Positions 60,425 through 64,000 of a DNA stretch of 64,000 nt are shown piece by piece; within the stretch, counting starts at the first letter, position 1, and each line of letters opens with the position of its first letter. The translations under genes were made by a program, and so were the position numbers. The notes under the pieces were generated by a model. It ran no database searches, was not told where the DNA came from, and saw nothing but the letters and a program-made list of their open reading frames with translations. Origin of the DNA: Candidatus Eiseniibacteriota bacterium. GTDB lineage: Bacteria; Eisenbacteria; RBG-16-71-46. The stretch is taken from NCBI GenBank assembly GCA_041483195.1, contig JBGPFC010000012.1:1-64000 (forward strand), in the 5' to 3' direction.

Positions 60425-61510
60425 CTATTGCGGCCTGCCATCGGGCTCGGTCCGCGGGGCCGCGCCGCGCTCCATCCTCCGCCGATCGAACCACTCGAGC
60501 CACTCGATGGCGAAGTAGAGCAGCACGGCGAGCGCAGCCACCAGCGCGACAGCCGACATGCGCGGCAGGGTCGAGAGCAACGCCGCCATCGCGCCGCACA
60601 GCGCGCACAGTCCCCAGAGCGTGAACAGCGTGCCGCGCCGCGAGAGCCCGAGCCTCAGCAGCTTGTGGTGAATGTGCTCGGTGTCGGCGTGGAACACCGG
60701 GCGCCCCTGCACCAGGCGCCGCACGAATGCCACCACGCTGTCCGCGATCGGCACGCCCATCGCGACCAGCGGGAACAGAAGCGTCACCGCCGCGGTGCCC
60801 TTGCGATTCTCGAGCAGCGAGACCGCGGCGAGCGTGAGCCCGAGGAACTGGCTGCCGGTATCTCCCATGAACACGCGCGCGGGAGGGAAGTTGTAGCGCA
60901 GGAACCCGCCGGTCGCGCCGATCAGCAGCGCCGCGATGAACATCACGTAGAAGTCGGCGTGCGAGCGTCCCACCCACCAGAGCGTCGCGCTCGCGATCAG
61001 CACCGCGCCAGAGGCCAGGCCGTCGAGCCCGTCGATCAGGTTGATGGCGTTGGTCACGACCAGCACCCACGTCACCGTGAGCGGGATGTTGAGCGCGCCG
61101 GAGGCGAAGGGCTCGCCGAGCGGGTTCGAGAGCAGCGGCACGCCGTAGCCGAACAACACCAGCACCAGCGCGGCGCTCGCCTGGATCCCGAGCTTGGCCC
61201 ACGGCGTGGTGCCATGCAGATCGTCCACCACGCCGAGCGCGAGCATCGGCACCGAGGCGAGCGTGAGCCCGAGCAGCGGCCGCACGTCGAGTTCCGCCGC
61301 CGGCCCCGGCAGCGCACGCGCGAGCCACGCCACGCCCAGCACCGAGGCGGCGAGCGCGAGCCCGCCCAGCGTGGGCACCGGATCGCGATGGATGCGGCGT
61401 GGCCCGGGAAGATCGAGCGCGCCGACGCGGTGCGCGAAGCGCATCACCAGCGGCGTCGCGAGCAGCGCCACGGCGGCGGCGGCGAGCGAGAGCGAGAGCG
61501 AGTACGGCAT
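60425..61510 (-). CDS. MraY/WecA-family polyprenyl-phosphate sugar-1-P transferase
   Basis: GVVDD, NAINLIDGLDGL, VFMGDTGS, DTEHIHH. Confidence 0.93.
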   Translation of the reverse strand: MPYSLSLSLAAAAVALLATPLVMRFAHRVGALDLPGPRRIHRDPVPTLGGLALAASVLGVAWLARALPGPAAELDVRPLLGLTLASVPMLALGVVDDLHGTTPWAKLGIQASAALVLVLFGYGVPLLSNPLGEPFASGALNIPLTVTWVLVVTNAINLIDGLDGLASGAVLIASATLWWVGRSHADFYVMFIAALLIGATGGFLRYNFPPARVFMGDTGSQFLGLTLAAVSLLENRKGTAAVTLLFPLVAMGVPIADSVVAFVRRLVQGRPVFHADTEHIHHKLLRLGLSRRGTLFTLWGLCALCGAMAALLSTLPRMSAVALVAALAVLLYFAIEWLEWFDRRRMERGAAPRTEPDGRPQ

Positions 61511-62382
61511 CAGCGGGACTTCAGCGCGTTGTGCGCGAGCATCAGGCCGGCGCGGCAGTAGATGAGCGCGACCGCGAGCGCCTCGACCAGCGGGTTCGCC
61601 GGATGGTGCTTGTGGAAGTAGTGGATCATGCCGCGATGGCGCGCCACGATCACGCGCGCCGCGACCCGCCCCTTGCTCGCCCCGATGTGGTGGACCACGA
61701 CCGCCTCCGGCACGTACACGTTGTTCCAGCCGCCGAGCTTCATGCGGCGGCACCAGTCCACGTCCTCGTTGAACATGAAGAACGCCTCGTCCATGCCGCC
61801 CACCCGGTCGATCGCCTCGCGCCGCGCCATCAGGCACGCGCCCGAGAGCCAGTCCACCTCGCGCGCGCTCGCGTGATCCCAGTCGCTCATCAGATAGCGC
61901 CGCGAGAAGCGGTTGTTGGGGAACAGCCGCGTGAGCAGCGAGTAGCGATTGAACAGGAACGTGAGCTGATCGGGAAACGCGCGCGCCGAGTATTCGAGCG
62001 TGCCGTCCGGGTTCAGGATCTTCGGGCCGGCGATCGCGACCCGCGGATGGGCGCGCAGGTGGGCGAGCAGCGCGAGGGCCGCGCCCGGCCGCAGCTCGCA
62101 GTCGGGGTTCATCACCAGCGCGAACTCGCCGCGGGTCGCCGCCAGCCCCTGGTTCACCGCTCGGGCGTAGCCCACGTTCCCGGCGTTCGCGATCGCGCGC
62201 GTGGCGGCGGAGCCGGCCGCGGGCGCGCGGGCCGCCAGCGCCTCGAGGGTGCCGTCGCGCGAGTCGTTGTCGACGACCACGACCTCGGCCGCGAGGCCGC
62301 GCGTCTCACGCTCGAGGCCCGCGAGGCAGCTCAGCAGGGCCTCGCGCGAGCGGTAATTGACGATGATGACGGAAAGATCCAT
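61510..62382 (-). CDS. GT2 glycosyltransferase (WbbL-like)
   Basis: IIVNY, VDNDSRDG, NPDC, WLSGAC, FMFNEDVDWC. Confidence 0.93.
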   Translation of the reverse strand: MDLSVIIVNYRSREALLSCLAGLERETRGLAAEVVVVDNDSRDGTLEALAARAPAAGSAATRAIANAGNVGYARAVNQGLAATRGEFALVMNPDCELRPGAALALLAHLRAHPRVAIAGPKILNPDGTLEYSARAFPDQLTFLFNRYSLLTRLFPNNRFSRRYLMSDWDHASAREVDWLSGACLMARREAIDRVGGMDEAFFMFNEDVDWCRRMKLGGWNNVYVPEAVVVHHIGASKGRVAARVIVARHRGMIHYFHKHHPANPLVEALAVALIYCRAGLMLAHNALKSR

Positions 62383-62591
62383 GCGGGGCGGGCGACTCTC
62401 CGCGACAGGGCAGGGGGTAGCGAGCGGGAAAATCCTAGCATCGCGCGCGGTCGGGGCGTTAGCGCGAGGTCATGCGAACGGGCGCGATTGCACGTCCGAG
62501 CCTCTCCCCACGAAGCTCTCCGGGCCCGATCCGTGAACCGGCCCGCTCGCGCCGGGCATTCTGGGACAGGGCCCGCGAGCAGCGCAAACGA

Positions 62592-63077
62592 TTATTCGCC
62601 GCCGGGCTCGGGGGTCGCGAGCGGCCGGCCGAGCGCGGCCTCGAGCCACGCGCGCAGCCGCGCGACGTGAGTGCCCATCCAGTACCACTTGCCGCAATGC
62701 GGGCAGTAGTGAAGCGACTTGGCGGAGCGCAGCACGCGGCCCGGCACCTCGCCCACCGCCTCGAACGGCGTGCGCCGCTGAAGCGCGGCGTTGCATTGCG
62801 GGCAGCGGCTGAAAGGAGGGCCGGCGGGCTCGTGGGCGCCCGCGATCGCGCGCAGCGCGGCCGCCGCGTCGCGAGGCGCCACGATCACCGGCACGTCGGC
62901 GAACGCCCGCGGATGCCGCGCGCTCAGCGTGATCACGGTGCGGCCGTCGCACCGCGCCGCCTCGAACAGCTCCTCGAGGCGCGCGCCGTGCACCGACGCC
63001 ACGTCGAATCCGAGCATGCGCAGGCGCCGCGCCAGCAGATCGAGCGAGGTCTCTGCAATCAGGCGCGCGGCGGGCAT
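62592..63077 (-). CDS. Mut7-C (PIN + Zn ribbon) domain protein
   Basis: LARRLRMLGFD, SRCPQCN, CPHCGKWYWMGTH. Confidence 0.88.
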   Translation of the reverse strand: MPAARLIAETSLDLLARRLRMLGFDVASVHGARLEELFEAARCDGRTVITLSARHPRAFADVPVIVAPRDAAAALRAIAGAHEPAGPPFSRCPQCNAALQRRTPFEAVGEVPGRVLRSAKSLHYCPHCGKWYWMGTHVARLRAWLEAALGRPLATPEPGGE

Positions 63078-63192
63078 GGGCGCACCCTAGCGACGGGGGA
63101 TGGGCGCGACAAGCGCCTTAACCCCGCGCTCGCGGCCGAGTTCGGCGAGAGCGGTTGACGCGCGGGCGCAGCTGCCCCAACCTGTCCGGTCT

Positions 63193-64000
63193 ATGGATTC
63201 GGCCAGACCCGCGGGGCCCGCGCGCGCGCAGGATGCGCAGGACGGCCCCTCCTCCACCCTCGATCGTCGCCATTTCCTGATCCTCGCCGGCGCCGCGGCA
63301 GCTTATGCCACGCTCCGGCCAGGCTTCGCCGAGGCGCGCCGCGACGACACCCGCAACGGATTCCTCCAGCCCTGGTCGCTGCCCGACGATCTGCCCGCGA
63401 CCCAGGTCGAGGTGGCGCGCGCGCTGATCGCCGCCGCCGTGCTCGCCCCCAGCGACTGGAACACGCAGCCCTGGCACTTCGAGGTGGACGGCAGCACCAT
63501 CCGCATCGTCGCCGACCCGAAGCGCGCGCTGCCCGCGACCGATCCCGATCGCCGCGGCATGATGATCGCGCTCGGCGCGTCGCTCGAGAACCTGCTGATC
63601 GCCGCGCGCTCCTACGGCCTGCGGCCCACCGTGACGTACATGCCGCACGATGGCGCGGCCGGAGTGGTCGCCGAGGTCGCGTGGAGCAACGGCGAGCCGC
63701 GGCGCGATCGCGCGCTGTTCGCCGCGATCCCCGATCGCCGCACCAACCGTCGCGACTTCGACGGGCGCGCGATCTTCGCGCAGAACCGCGCGCAGCTCAC
63801 CGCGCAAGTGCCGGACGGGCTCGCGCTCCACTGGATCGACGAGCGCGACCCGCTGCGCGAGGCCGCCGACCTCGCGTACGAGGCCACTCACACGCAGATC
63901 ATGGACCCGCGCGCGCAGGCCGAGCAGTTCTCGTGGTTCCGCTTCGACGAGGAAGCGAAGAAACGCGGCGACGGCATCCCGGCCGACGCGCTCGAGCTGA
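63193..64000 (+). CDS. Tat-signal Acg-family nitroreductase-like protein (runs off window)
   Basis: DRRHFLILAG Tat motif, LAPSDWNTQPWHF, DPDRRGMMIALGASLENL, RRTNRRDF. Confidence 0.85.
   Translation, partial: MDSARPAGPARAQDAQDGPSSTLDRRHFLILAGAAAAYATLRPGFAEARRDDTRNGFLQPWSLPDDLPATQVEVARALIAAAVLAPSDWNTQPWHFEVDGSTIRIVADPKRALPATDPDRRGMMIALGASLENLLIAARSYGLRPTVTYMPHDGAAGVVAEVAWSNGEPRRDRALFAAIPDRRTNRRDFDGRAIFAQNRAQLTAQVPDGLALHWIDERDPLREAADLAYEATHTQIMDPRAQAEQFSWFRFDEEAKKRGDGIPADALEL

Overview
Very GC-rich bacterial chromosomal window. The FlgD-type C-terminal Ig domains and a TWGxIKxxYR tail tentatively suggest Ca. Eisenbacteria or a related FCB-adjacent lineage (inference only). It opens with the right end of an IS1202-like element. 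Next is the replication-origin region (dnaA-oriC-dnaN-dciA/DUF721-gyrB-OMP-gyrA-rex, no recF). A ~16 kb phosphate-starvation island follows: phoB-phoR, a small HNH-associated-repeat-like protein, a porin, pstSCAB-phoU, a Cyc2-like monoheme cytochrome-porin with a probable CTG start, and a convergent secreted protein/TonB receptor operon. Three promoters in the island carry 11-bp-spaced Pho-box-like repeats. The rest holds ABC transporters, an M16 peptidase pair, an NTT-HEAT protein, thiL, a cupredoxin-LTD secreted protein, ogt, a BsuBI/PstI-type R-M pair flanked by a 9-bp direct repeat, an OmpA-TSP3 protein, a repeat beta-propeller protein, cell-envelope glycosyltransferases, Mut7-C and a truncated Tat-exported Acg-like nitroreductase. 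The most notable candidate system is the Cyc2-like cytochrome-porin plus TonB receptor module wired into the Pho regulon. All calls come from motif recognition by eye; no searches were run.
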